Shown here one piece after another: positions 18,632 through 28,179 of a stretch of 64,000 bases of DNA. The stretch covers positions 180,228 through 244,227 of the forward strand of contig JARLJW010000111.1 in NCBI GenBank assembly GCA_031290985.1, given 5' to 3'. Below the pieces are notes generated by a model. It ran no database searches and was not told the DNA's origin. It saw nothing but the letters and a program-made list of their open reading frames with translations. Source of the DNA: Verrucomicrobiia bacterium. Lineage in GTDB: Bacteria; Verrucomicrobiota; Verrucomicrobiia; Limisphaerales; UBA11358. A program made the position numbers and the translations under genes. How positions within the stretch are numbered: position 1 is the first letter of the stretch; each line of letters begins with the position of its first letter.

Positions 18632-21600
18632 ATGACCCTGTTAAGACATCGGCTGCTGAACGTGCTGGCCATCGCCGTAATGGCGCTGGCCTGCCCCTTG
18701 CCGCCGGTCTCCGCCGCGCCTGCGGAAAATGACTGGGAAGGCACGCTGGCCGTGGGCCAGAACGCCGATGGCCGGCTCGAACTTTTCAAGACCAACACCA
18801 AGGGGACGGTGCTGCATCGCTGGCAGAAAGTTCCCAACGGCGAATGGTCGCCGTGGGCCAGCCTCGGTGGCGTGGTGGCGGATGGCATCACGGTAAGCAT
18901 CAACGCGGAGGGCAAGCTGGAATTGTTCGCGGTGGACAAAACCAGGGGCTCGCTCAAATGCATCGAGCAGAAAAATCCCAACGACCGGGAATGGGGCGAC
19001 TGGGTTGATCTCGGCGGCAACCTCCGGGCGCCGGTGACGGTGGGCGTCAACCCGGACAACCGGCTGGAGGTGTTTGCCGTGGATGCGACCAGCCACACCG
19101 TCAAATGCCGCTGGCAAAATCCGGCACATAGCGGCTGGTCGGCCTGGCTGGATCTGGGAGGCGACATGGAACCCGGATTGGTCGTGGCGCGCAACCGGGA
19201 TGGCGACATGGAACTCTTTGGGGTGGATCGCGAGAAAAAAAACCTGGTGCATTGCTGGCAGAACGAGGCCGGTTCGCCCGGCCAATGGCTGCCGTGGGAC
19301 AATCTCGGCGGCAGCATCGTGCCGGGCTTTGCGGTGGGCCGCAACGTGGACGGACGGCTGGAGATTTTCGCCCGGAACAGCGCCACCAACATCATGGAAC
19401 GCATCTACCAGATGAACGACACGAACGGCGTGCGCTGGTCGGCGTGGGGCGGTTTTGGCGAACCGTTGCTCACGGGCATCGCCGTGGGCCAGAATGCCGA
19501 CGGCCGGCTGGAAGTTTTTGCCGCGAATGCGCGGGGCACGGATGTGATGCACCGCTGGCAATTCAAGGCGAACGGATCGGAGAACTGGTCGGCGTGGTGG
19601 AGTTTGTGGGGCGCAGTGCAGCCGTTCCCGGTGGTGGGCCGGAATCAGGACGGCAACCTGGAACTGTTTGCAGTGGACCGGACGAACCACACGACCATCC
19701 AGCACAAGCGGCAGATCAGCGCCAACCTGGACTGGCTGGACTGGTTCAGCATGGACCAGCCGGTTTTTCCCTACGCCACGCGCACCTGGCAGACGGAAGA
19801 CGGCCTCCCCCATAATGTGATCCAGGCGCTGGCGCAGACGCCGGACGGCTACATGTGGGTCGGCACCCAAAAAGGGCTCGCGCGGTTTGACGGCCTGCAC
19901 TTCACCACGTTCGACGCCAAAAATACGCCGGCGATGAAAAGCTCGTCCGTCCTGGCGCTGTCCGTGGATCACGCCGGCACCCTGTGGATCGGCACGGACA
20001 AGGGCGTGTTGCGGATGACTGACGGAGTTTTTGCCCGGGAAAGCGGCACCAGCACGCTGGACCGCGACGAGGTGGGTGTCATCTGTGAGGGCAAGGATGA
20101 TTCGCTCTGGTTCGGCACCACCAACGGCCTGAACCGCTACCAGAATGGCAGGCTTTCCCGCTACACGCGCTCCCAAGGATTGCTTTCGGAAAACATCCGC
20201 ACGGTGTTTGAAGACGTGCAAACCAATTTGTGGATCGGCACCGACGCCGGCTTGAACCGGCTGAACGGGACGAACCTGGATGCGTTCGACCGGAACAACG
20301 GCCTGCCGGATGATTCCATCCGCGGCATCACGCAGGACAAGGGCTGGCGCATCTGGATCGGCTCGGACAACGGCATGATCTGGTTCAACACCGGGCAGTT
20401 CTACGCCTATGGCCAGAATTACGGGCTGTCCGACGGCTTCGTGAGCGCGGTGCGGGAAGATCATGACGGCAACCTCTGGGTGGGCACGCACAGCGGCCTC
20501 AACCGTTTCCGCGAAGGACGTTTTTTCAACGAGCTTAAAAGCGACGGCACGCCTTACGACAAGGTCAACGCCATCTTTGAAGACCGGGAGGGAAACCTGT
20601 GGGTTGGTTCCAATGAAGGGTTGATCCGGCTCACGCCGCGCCGTTTTTTCACGTACAACAAACAGGAGGGGCTCACCCACAACAACACCTACTCGGTCCT
20701 GGAGGACAGCGATGACAGCATCTGGACGGCCACCTATGGCGGCGGGCTGAACAGCCTGCAAAACGGACAGGTGATCGCCTTCACCAAAACCAACGGCCTG
20801 ACGAGCGATCTGCTTTTGTCCCTGGGCGAGGGGCAGGACGGCAGCCTGTGGATCGGCGGCGATGCCGGCGGCGGTTTGTATCAACTTAAAAACGGCGGGT
20901 TCAAACATTACACCGCCAAGGACGGCCTGCCCGCCGCCGCCATCAAGGTCATTCATGAAGACCGGTCCGGCGCCCTCTGGCTGGGGACCGACCACGGATT
21001 AAGCTGCCTGAAGGATGGAAAATTCAGCACTTACACTGCGGCGCGCGATCATCTGGCCGGGGACAACGTCCGGGACATCTGCGAGAATCATGCGGGCAGC
21101 CTGTGGTTCGGGACGGACGGAGGTTTGAGCTGGCTGGCATCGGGCATTTTTAAAAACTTCACGACGAACCAGGGATTGTCCGACAACTCGGTGATGGCGC
21201 TTTTTGAAGATGCACAGCACAGCCTCTGGATCGGCACGGAGAACGGCGGGCTGAACCGTTATCAGAACGGCCGGTTCAAGGCGTATACCAGGGCGCAGGG
21301 ATTATTCAGCGATGAGATTTTTGCAATCTTGGAAGATGATTATGGCTGGCTGTGGATGAGCTGCGCCAAGGGCGTTTTCCGGGTGCGCAAGGCTGACCTG
21401 GACGATCTTGATCAAGGCCGGACGAAGATCATCAACAGCATTCCCTACGGCAAATCGGACGGCATGGCGGGAACGCTCTGCAACGGCGCGGCCAAGCCGG
21501 CGGGCTGGAAGGGAAATGACGGACGGCTCTGGTTCGTGACCACCAAGGGCTTGATCGTGGTCGATCCCAACATCCGGATCAATGCCACGCCGCCGCCGGT

Positions 21601-22675
21601 ATTCATCGAACAGATCATCGCCGACGGCAGGCCGGTGCAACGACCGGCGACGGTGCCGGCTTCTAAAAGTGATCCACTGCGGGTGCCGCCCGGGCGGGGC
21701 GGTTTGGAATTTATTTTTTCCGCGCTCAATTTTGAGAACCCGGAGGCGATCCAGTTCAAGTACATGCTCGAAGGATGGGATTCAGACTGGATCAAGGCCG
21801 GCTCGCGGCGGGTGGCGGATTACAACAACATCTATCCGGGCAAATACAGTTTCCGGGTGATCGCCTGCAACAGCGACGGTGTGTGGAACACCACCGGGGC
21901 CACGGTGGACATCTTGATCCGGCCGCATCTCTGGGAGTCGCCGTGGTTTCGCACGCTGGCCATCGTGGTCATCCTTGGCAGCGTGGGCGGCCTGGCGCGC
22001 TATGTGACGCAACGGCGGATGCGCCGGAAACTGAAGCTGCTGGAACAGCAAAACGCCATCGAACGGGAGCGCGGACGGATCGCCAAGGACATGCATGATG
22101 AACTGGGCTCCAATCTCACGCGCATCATGATGCTGGGCCAGCGCATCCTCGAGGATGGCAGCCAGCCCGGGGACCTGGCGGTGCACGCGCACAAGATCGT
22201 GACGTCCGCGCGGGCGACGGTGCAGTCGCTGGATGAAATCGTCTGGGCCGTCAACCCCGCGAACGACACCTTGGATGAACTGGTCGGCTACCTGAACCAG
22301 TACGCCAGCCAGTTCTTTGAGGGCACGAATGTGAAATATCGGCTGGAGGAGCCGCGCCACCTGTCCGGCCAGGCGTTCCCGGCGGAGATCCGGCACAACC
22401 TGTTTTTGGCGATCAAAGAGGCGTTGAACAACGTGCTCAAGCATTCCCAGGCCACGGAAGTGCATGTGAGCATCCATGCCTCCCATGGCCAAATGGAGGT
22501 CACCGTGGCGGACAACGGACGCGGATTTAATCCGGGCGAAGGCGGCCAGGTCCGCCGGGGGAACGGGCTGGAAAACATGCGCAAACGGATGGCCGAACTG
22601 GGCGGCGAGATGCAGCTCACGAGCGCGCCGGGACAGGGCACGGAGTTGAAATTTGTCATCGCGTTGAACCGGTGA
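18632..22675 (+). CDS. Sensor histidine kinase: signal peptide, seven-blade Trp-rich propeller, two-component-regulator propeller/Y_Y_Y region, TM helix, HisKA_3 and HATPase_c domains
   Basis: 1347 aa. Reg_prop-like repeats ('LWIGTDKGV', 'LWFGTTNGLNRY', 'LWVGTHSGLNRF'...), Y_Y_Y-like 'FKYMLEGWDSDW', TM helix 'LAIVVILGSVGGLA', H-box 'DMHDELGSNL', ATPase motifs 'NNVLKHS', 'DNGRGF', 'GNGLENMRKR'. Confidence 0.9.
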   Translation: MTLLRHRLLNVLAIAVMALACPLPPVSAAPAENDWEGTLAVGQNADGRLELFKTNTKGTVLHRWQKVPNGEWSPWASLGGVVADGITVSINAEGKLELFAVDKTRGSLKCIEQKNPNDREWGDWVDLGGNLRAPVTVGVNPDNRLEVFAVDATSHTVKCRWQNPAHSGWSAWLDLGGDMEPGLVVARNRDGDMELFGVDREKKNLVHCWQNEAGSPGQWLPWDNLGGSIVPGFAVGRNVDGRLEIFARNSATNIMERIYQMNDTNGVRWSAWGGFGEPLLTGIAVGQNADGRLEVFAANARGTDVMHRWQFKANGSENWSAWWSLWGAVQPFPVVGRNQDGNLELFAVDRTNHTTIQHKRQISANLDWLDWFSMDQPVFPYATRTWQTEDGLPHNVIQALAQTPDGYMWVGTQKGLARFDGLHFTTFDAKNTPAMKSSSVLALSVDHAGTLWIGTDKGVLRMTDGVFARESGTSTLDRDEVGVICEGKDDSLWFGTTNGLNRYQNGRLSRYTRSQGLLSENIRTVFEDVQTNLWIGTDAGLNRLNGTNLDAFDRNNGLPDDSIRGITQDKGWRIWIGSDNGMIWFNTGQFYAYGQNYGLSDGFVSAVREDHDGNLWVGTHSGLNRFREGRFFNELKSDGTPYDKVNAIFEDREGNLWVGSNEGLIRLTPRRFFTYNKQEGLTHNNTYSVLEDSDDSIWTATYGGGLNSLQNGQVIAFTKTNGLTSDLLLSLGEGQDGSLWIGGDAGGGLYQLKNGGFKHYTAKDGLPAAAIKVIHEDRSGALWLGTDHGLSCLKDGKFSTYTAARDHLAGDNVRDICENHAGSLWFGTDGGLSWLASGIFKNFTTNQGLSDNSVMALFEDAQHSLWIGTENGGLNRYQNGRFKAYTRAQGLFSDEIFAILEDDYGWLWMSCAKGVFRVRKADLDDLDQGRTKIINSIPYGKSDGMAGTLCNGAAKPAGWKGNDGRLWFVTTKGLIVVDPNIRINATPPPVFIEQIIADGRPVQRPATVPASKSDPLRVPPGRGGLEFIFSALNFENPEAIQFKYMLEGWDSDWIKAGSRRVADYNNIYPGKYSFRVIACNSDGVWNTTGATVDILIRPHLWESPWFRTLAIVVILGSVGGLARYVTQRRMRRKLKLLEQQNAIERERGRIAKDMHDELGSNLTRIMMLGQRILEDGSQPGDLAVHAHKIVTSARATVQSLDEIVWAVNPANDTLDELVGYLNQYASQFFEGTNVKYRLEEPRHLSGQAFPAEIRHNLFLAIKEALNNVLKHSQATEVHVSIHASHGQMEVTVADNGRGFNPGEGGQVRRGNGLENMRKRMAELGGEMQLTSAPGQGTELKFVIALNR
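18734..19768 (+). other. Seven tandem ~48-50-aa Trp-rich beta-propeller blades (lectin-like) at the N-terminus of the sensor kinase
   Basis: Seven repeats of the pattern 'G.N.DGRLE(V/L)FA......(V/L).H.WQ......W(S).W..LGG', starting near residues 40, 87, 136, 184, 234, 284 and 334. Confidence 0.7.
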
Positions 22676-22692
22676 GGCGCGGGGGTAGATGG

Positions 22693-22785
22693 GAACGCAC
22701 GACCATGCGAACGCACGACCATGCGTTGCGCAGCGATTTTTGAGCTTTTCTGCAGAGCAGCAGGAGACCTGCCGCTACAACCGCC
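22693..22785. repeat. Intergenic repeat family 2, copy 1
   Basis: About 80% identical over ~75 nt to 31549..31623 (manual alignment). It begins with an exact 16-nt tandem duplication of gaacgcacgaccatgc (22693-22708 and 22709-22724) and ends in ..cctgccgctac. Confidence 0.75.
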
Positions 22786-22850
22786 GGTCGCCAGCCTGTT
22801 TACCGGTGGTCTCCGGGAATGGGTATAACCTATTATTTCTCCCACAGCTT

Positions 22851-24098
22851 TCAAAGCCGGGCTGGTTCAAGGCGGATTAAAACGATCTCGGATTTTGTGC
22901 CCACCCGCATGGGTATGCCCCAGGTTCCGGCGCCGCTGCTGGTGTAAACCTGCAGGGTGCCGAAACGGTTGAGGCCATGGGTGAACCGCCCGTGAACGCG
23001 CGCCGCCACCCACGTCCACGGCCAGATTTGCCCGCCGTGCGTGTGGCCGGAAAGCTGCAAGGAAACGCCGGCCTCCGCGGGGATGGCCAGGCTCGCCGGC
23101 TGATGCGCGAGCAAGATGCTGGCGCGGCGCCCATCCAGTTCCGCCTGCTGCAGGAGCCGGCGAAATTGTCGCGGATCGGCGGTTTCGCGGTCATGCACGC
23201 CCACGATTTGCAAGCCGTGAACGTCCACCAGTTCGTTGTTCAAAACGCGAATGCCGGTGTGCCGCACGGCGGCGAGGAGGTTCGCGCGGTCGGCAAATTC
23301 CTCGTGATTGCCGGTGACATAAAAAATTCCGGCCGGGACGGACAGCTTTTTCCATGGTTCGACCAGCGCGTCGGGATGGGCTTCGGGTCCGTCAAACAAA
23401 TCGCCGCTGATGAAGACGGCGTCGGGCTGCAAACTTTGCAGCCGGGCGACGACGCGGCGGGCGAAGCGGGCGCCGCGGACACTGCCCAGATGCAGATCGG
23501 TCACGAGCGCGACAGGGCGGCCCTGCCAGGCGGCGGGCAGGTTGGGCAGATGCACGGTGATGCGCGTGACCCGCAGCCGGTTCGCGTTCATAAGCCCGTA
23601 AAGGCTGACGAGCATGGCCGCGCCAAATAATGTTTCGGCGATGACTTTCGGTTCAAGATGAAAAGGCAGCCACATGGCCGCCGCCGAAACCACCCAGGCG
23701 GCGCAGGCGGCAAAAAAACTGAAATTCAGAACCCCCAGCCAGACGGCAGAAATCCGATACACCAGCCGCAGTCCGAAGCTGGCGTAGCGCCGGCCGAGGA
23801 ACGTCACGGCGATGAATGCCAAGGTCAGCCCGGGGAGAATGATTTCCCACACCGGCATGGCGGCCAGGGCCATAAAATGATTCCATGTCGCACAAACAAA
23901 CCAATTGGCCGCCAGCAAAACGGACAGGAACACGGTCACAAAAACGAGGATCCGGGAACGGGTGAGGCGGGAGTCGCGGGCAACGGAATCCGAGGCGTCC
24001 GGCGGGAACGCCGCCGCATTTTCAATTTTGGAAGCCGGCATGGTCATCGATTTCCGTCCGGGCAAAGATTGTGAGGTTGTGTCAGCCATCATATTCAA
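22851..24098 (-). CDS. Membrane-anchored metallophosphoesterase (YkuE-like)
   Basis: 415 aa. N-terminal TM helices, then 'DLHLGS', 'ISGDLFDG', 'GNHE' and 'GHTHGGQ'. Its start overlaps the upstream stop (ATGA). Confidence 0.85.
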   Translation of the reverse strand: MNMMADTTSQSLPGRKSMTMPASKIENAAAFPPDASDSVARDSRLTRSRILVFVTVFLSVLLAANWFVCATWNHFMALAAMPVWEIILPGLTLAFIAVTFLGRRYASFGLRLVYRISAVWLGVLNFSFFAACAAWVVSAAAMWLPFHLEPKVIAETLFGAAMLVSLYGLMNANRLRVTRITVHLPNLPAAWQGRPVALVTDLHLGSVRGARFARRVVARLQSLQPDAVFISGDLFDGPEAHPDALVEPWKKLSVPAGIFYVTGNHEEFADRANLLAAVRHTGIRVLNNELVDVHGLQIVGVHDRETADPRQFRRLLQQAELDGRRASILLAHQPASLAIPAEAGVSLQLSGHTHGGQIWPWTWVAARVHGRFTHGLNRFGTLQVYTSSGAGTWGIPMRVGTKSEIVLIRLEPARL

Positions 24099-25009
24099 TG
24101 TTTCGGCGTCACCGCCGTTGCAGCAATGCCGTCCAGTTCCGTCAGGATTTCCGGTGACAGCATCAGTTCACCCGCCGCCAGATTTTCGCGAAGATGGGCG
24201 GGCGAGGCCGTGCCGGGGATCAATAAAATGTTGGGCGACCGGTGCAATAACCACGCCTGCGCGACCTGCATCGGCGTGACTTGAAGCCGGTTGGCCACGT
24301 CCGACAGAATGGAGGATTGCAGCGGGGTGAATCCACCCAAGGGGAAGAACGGCACGTACGCGATGCCCTGGGCGGCGAGGGAATCAATCAGGCCGTCATC
24401 GTTTCGGTTGGCGATGTTGTAAAAGTTCTGCACACACACAATGGGGGCAATCCGGCGGCCTTCCTCAATCTGCCGGGGCGTGACATTGCTGAGACCAAGG
24501 TGGCGGATCAAACCCTGTTGCTGGAGTTCAGCCAAAACCGTGAGCGGGGCTTCGATTGATCCCTCGGCCGGCCGGTGTATGTCGAACATGGCGCGGAGGT
24601 TGACCACATCCAACACGTCGAGGCCCAGGTGGCGCAGGTTGTCGTGAACCGCCTGGGTCAATTCTTCGCGTGAGAGAGCGGGAATCCATGAGCCATCCTG
24701 GCCGCGCCGGGCGGAAACCTTGGTGACAACAACGAGATCGTCGGGATAGGGATGCAGCGCCTCGTGAATCAACTGGTTGGTGACGTGCGGGCCGTAGAAG
24801 TCGCTGGTATCGATATGGTTCACGCCGGCGGCGATGGCCGCGCGCAGCACGGCCAAGGCCGCGGCATGATCCTTGGGCGGCCCGAACACGCCCGGCCCGG
24901 CGAGCTGCATGGCGCCATAACCGATTCGTTGAACGGGAGAGGATGTACCGGGGAACGTAAACTGTCCGCCAAGCTTGGATTTATTCGTTTTTTTATGGTT
25001 TGCTTTCAT
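24095..25009 (-). CDS. Aldo/keto reductase
   Basis: 304 aa. 'IGYGAMQLAGPGVFGPP', 'GVNHIDTSDFYGPH', 'HLGLSNV', 'LLIPGTASPAHLREN'. Confidence 0.9.
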   Translation of the reverse strand: MKANHKKTNKSKLGGQFTFPGTSSPVQRIGYGAMQLAGPGVFGPPKDHAAALAVLRAAIAAGVNHIDTSDFYGPHVTNQLIHEALHPYPDDLVVVTKVSARRGQDGSWIPALSREELTQAVHDNLRHLGLDVLDVVNLRAMFDIHRPAEGSIEAPLTVLAELQQQGLIRHLGLSNVTPRQIEEGRRIAPIVCVQNFYNIANRNDDGLIDSLAAQGIAYVPFFPLGGFTPLQSSILSDVANRLQVTPMQVAQAWLLHRSPNILLIPGTASPAHLRENLAAGELMLSPEILTELDGIAATAVTPKH

Positions 25010-25041
25010 GAGGATGCTGTTTGTGGATGGTTGGTCGGTGG

Positions 25042-25977
25042 TCAGGCGGCGCCGGTTGGAATCGTCGCCAGCAACGCGCGGGTCTCGGCGACGACGCGAT
25101 CCTGAAACTTGGGGTCGCGCACGAGCGCCGATCCCATCATCGGCCGGCCCTGGTGATCGTAATATGTCCCGGTCTCGGCGGAATTGTCTGTCACCATCTT
25201 CATTATGACGCGTGCCGCGCGGTCGGGCGTGCTTCGGTATCGGTTGAAAGGCGGCAGCCGGGTGATGATTTGACCAAACAGGAAACGCATGAAGCCATTT
25301 GCACCGCCAAGACCGGTCGCCGGGTTAATGCCGGGCTCAACGGCGTTGATGCGCAGCCTGGGCAATTCTCTCGCAAGAACCATGGCCGAGGCGAGGTTGC
25401 ATTGCTTGGAGGTTGCGTAGGCGTCCATGCCCGGGATCTTGGATCCAGGCTGCTGCCATTCGCCGCGCGCACCAGCCTCCGCCGAAATATAGCGGCCGCC
25501 GCGCAGCCGCATGACCTTGACCGGTGGCCGTTCCGGATCCTCGACGCCGGAAACGACGAAGACGACGTTTGCGCCATCGGGGAGATGTGGCACGAGCGCC
25601 TCGGTCAAAGCGAACGGTCCGAGATGGTTGGTCGCGAACGACATGTCCCAGCCCAGCGCGTTCTGCGTTGGGCGCATCTGCATGATGCCGGCGTTATTGA
25701 GCAGGCCGGCAATCGGGAGATTGAGCGCGACGATCTCCGCCGCCGCGCGCCGCACGCTTGCCAGATCGGACAGATCGCACACGACGGAAACCGCAGGTTG
25801 ACCCTTTTGCCCAATGATCGTTTGCATCTCGTCGAGCTTTCGGCGGTCGCGACCGACCAGGACGACCGTGCCATACTTGGCCAATTCCAATGCCGTGCAG
25901 CGGCCTATGCCGGAGGTTGGGCCGGTGATGACGTATGCCTTGCGATCTGAAGGATTTTCAAAAGCGGTTTTCGCCAT
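25042..25977 (-). CDS. Short-chain dehydrogenase/reductase (classical SDR)
   Basis: 311 aa. 'ITGPTSGIGRCTALELAK', 'LLNNAG', 'YATSKQCN'. Confidence 0.9.
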   Translation of the reverse strand: MAKTAFENPSDRKAYVITGPTSGIGRCTALELAKYGTVVLVGRDRRKLDEMQTIIGQKGQPAVSVVCDLSDLASVRRAAAEIVALNLPIAGLLNNAGIMQMRPTQNALGWDMSFATNHLGPFALTEALVPHLPDGANVVFVVSGVEDPERPPVKVMRLRGGRYISAEAGARGEWQQPGSKIPGMDAYATSKQCNLASAMVLARELPRLRINAVEPGINPATGLGGANGFMRFLFGQIITRLPPFNRYRSTPDRAARVIMKMVTDNSAETGTYYDHQGRPMMGSALVRDPKFQDRVVAETRALLATIPTGAA

Positions 25978-26001
25978 ACAATTCTTTAACTTTGCTTCGG
26001 C

Positions 26002-26898
26002 TCAGGCTCGGAAAGCGCTCGCGTGGTCGAGATCGTCAATCATTCCGGCCGACTGGGTTGGACGCCAACCGAGCCGCTGCTGCGTGAGCAGGCTTGAAGC
26101 CGGCATATCCATCCCGGCAAACATCGCAAGCCAGCCAAAATGACCGGCTGCCTCCGCGGGAGATTGGGAGACGACCGGTATTTTCAAGCCCCGGCCGATG
26201 GCCTCGGCAATCGCGCGGGCCGTGACCCCCTCCTCGGCCACCGCGTGATACCGGGCGCCGGCAATCCCCTGCTCCAGCGCCAGCCGGTAGACGAGCGCGG
26301 CATCGAGCCGGTGCACCGCCGGCCAGCGGTTCAACCCGTCGCCGATATACGCCGAGATGCCTTTCTCGCGGGCGAGAGCGATGGAGTAGGTGACGAGGCC
26401 TTGCTTGTCCCGGTCGTGGACCTGCGGCAGGCGCACCACCGACACGTTTACGCCATGTTCGGCTGCGGCCAGGCCGGCCAGTTCCGAAGCGCTGCGGGGA
26501 TTTGGGTGATGGGCATTGAAGTGGTCTTCACTCGCCGGCTGGCCGGGCACGGTATTCCCCATGCCGGTTCCCGAGGTGATGACCAGCGGGCGGTTGGAGC
26601 CGGCGAGCGCATCGCCGAGGGCCCCGATGGCGCGCCGGTCGATTTCGCAGTTCTCCTGGAATTTCGCGAAGTCGTGGATAAACGCGGTGTGAATCACGCC
26701 GTCGGCGGCGGCGGCGCCGCGGCGCAAGCTGTCCAAGTCCTCCAAATCGCCCCGGTGGACCTGGGCGCCGGCGGCGAGCAGCGACCGGGCGCCCGCGTCC
26801 GAGCGGGCGAGGCCGAGCACCTGATGGCCCGCCGCGATGAGTTTTGAAACGACGGCCGAGCCGATAAATCCGGTGGCACCGGTTACCAAGACGCGCAT
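26002..26898 (-). CDS. NAD(P)-binding atypical SDR (NmrA/epimerase-like)
   Basis: Track ORF 26002..26976, trimmed to the ATG at 26898 ('MRVLVTGATGFIGSAVVSKL'). The longer form would overlap the divergent TetR gene. Confidence 0.85.
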   Translation of the reverse strand: MRVLVTGATGFIGSAVVSKLIAAGHQVLGLARSDAGARSLLAAGAQVHRGDLEDLDSLRRGAAAADGVIHTAFIHDFAKFQENCEIDRRAIGALGDALAGSNRPLVITSGTGMGNTVPGQPASEDHFNAHHPNPRSASELAGLAAAEHGVNVSVVRLPQVHDRDKQGLVTYSIALAREKGISAYIGDGLNRWPAVHRLDAALVYRLALEQGIAGARYHAVAEEGVTARAIAEAIGRGLKIPVVSQSPAEAAGHFGWLAMFAGMDMPASSLLTQQRLGWRPTQSAGMIDDLDHASAFRA

Positions 26899-26947
26899 AT
26901 TGATCTCCTTTGGTTCAGGGTTGGCGGGACAAGCTTCACGCGGCCAC

Positions 26948-26986
26948 AATGTAGCCACTGACATCATTGTTGTCAATGACTACATT
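26948..26986. promoter_or_regulatory. Candidate TetR operator (nested inverted repeats) in the divergent promoter region
   Basis: Outer inverted repeat AATGTAG (26948-54) / CTACATT (26980-86). Inner inverted repeat TCATTG-ttgt-CAATGA (26964-79). It lies between the SDR start (26898, -) and the TetR start (27024, +). Confidence 0.3.
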
Positions 26987-27023
26987 CTTGAATCTTTCCG
27001 GGCAACCGGGTAAGCTGCGGGGA

Positions 27024-27638
27024 ATGAAACCTGCGAATCATCCCTACCATCATGGCAATCTGCGCCAGGAGCTGCTGCGCGCCGCCGAGGCCGCGCTGGA
27101 AGCGCGCGGCGTCCAGCAGCTGTCGCTGCGGGAATTGAGCCGCGAGCTGGGGGTGAGCCACGCCTCGCCGCAGCGGCACTTTGCGACGAAGCAAGACCTC
27201 ATCAATGCGCTGGCCACCGTGGGTTTTCAACGGTTCGACGCCATCGCGGCCAAGGCGACGGCGGCGGCGCGCGGCCAGGATTTCAAGGCGCGCCTGACGA
27301 AAGTGGCGCTGGCGCACCTCGGTTTCGCCCTCAAGCATCCGGCGCTGCTGGCCTTGATGTTTGAAGCGAAACGGCAACCGGCGCTGCCGCCGGAGCTGCT
27401 GACGGCCCTGCAGTCGGCGTTTTCGCACATCCCGAGGATTTTGAAGGAGGGGCAGGAGGCCGGGAAAATTGTTCCCGGGGATCCCCACCGGCTGGCGCTC
27501 ACGATCGGGGCGGTGGTCCAAGGATTGGTGGCCATTGCCGTTGATGGAAAAATCAAGGGCGATTCGCTTAAAGTGATCGTGCCGGAAGTCATCGGCCAGG
27601 TGCTGAACGGGTTGAGCACGGGCAAAGCAAAGGCTTGA
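27024..27638 (+). CDS. TetR-family transcriptional regulator
   Basis: Track ORF from 26967, trimmed to the ATG at 27024. HTH region 'LSLRELSRELGVSHASPQRHF'. Confidence 0.88.
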   Translation: MKPANHPYHHGNLRQELLRAAEAALEARGVQQLSLRELSRELGVSHASPQRHFATKQDLINALATVGFQRFDAIAAKATAAARGQDFKARLTKVALAHLGFALKHPALLALMFEAKRQPALPPELLTALQSAFSHIPRILKEGQEAGKIVPGDPHRLALTIGAVVQGLVAIAVDGKIKGDSLKVIVPEVIGQVLNGLSTGKAKA

Positions 27639-28179
27639 CCGGCATTGAGCGATGCGCTGGGTGCCGGGCCTTGGGCGAGGGACCCGGCGCGTAGAATGAT
27701 CCGAACTCGCGTCACTTTCAAATGACACGAAATTAGAGCATTTCCATAAATGCTCTAATCTCCGGCGTCGCTCCGCGACGAGCCAAGGTGCGTCTGGGTA
27801 TTTGCCAGTCACGAATGCATTGAGCCAGCAAGTGCAGCCACACGGCTCAACACATTTTGTGGACAACAGCATTCCACCGAAAACAGCGAACCCGGCATTG
27901 GTTGGTGGCCAGGCTCAGCCAGGGGCTTTACGCAGATGAGCACACATAACCGCCCGGGCGACCGGCTCGCAATTGGCCACGCGCCACAGCGATGAATCCC
28001 AAAGCCGCCGGCGTGCATTAGCCCACACAATTCATAATGCAATCTTAAGTACTACCTTACGGCAATCAGTAAAGTTGTGTTGCTTTTTCGCCGACAGTTA
28101 ATTCACAACGAAATCCCTTAAGCCTCGAGGATGTGCCCGGTTGCCACCCCGCGGCCGGGAAAACGTGAACCAGAAATCC

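Noticed and set aside
18641-20995. 784-aa ORF antisense to the sensor histidine kinase
   Set aside because: The sense strand has clear repeat and domain structure. The antisense product is low-complexity (R/A/G/V-rich). It is a GC-driven shadow ORF.
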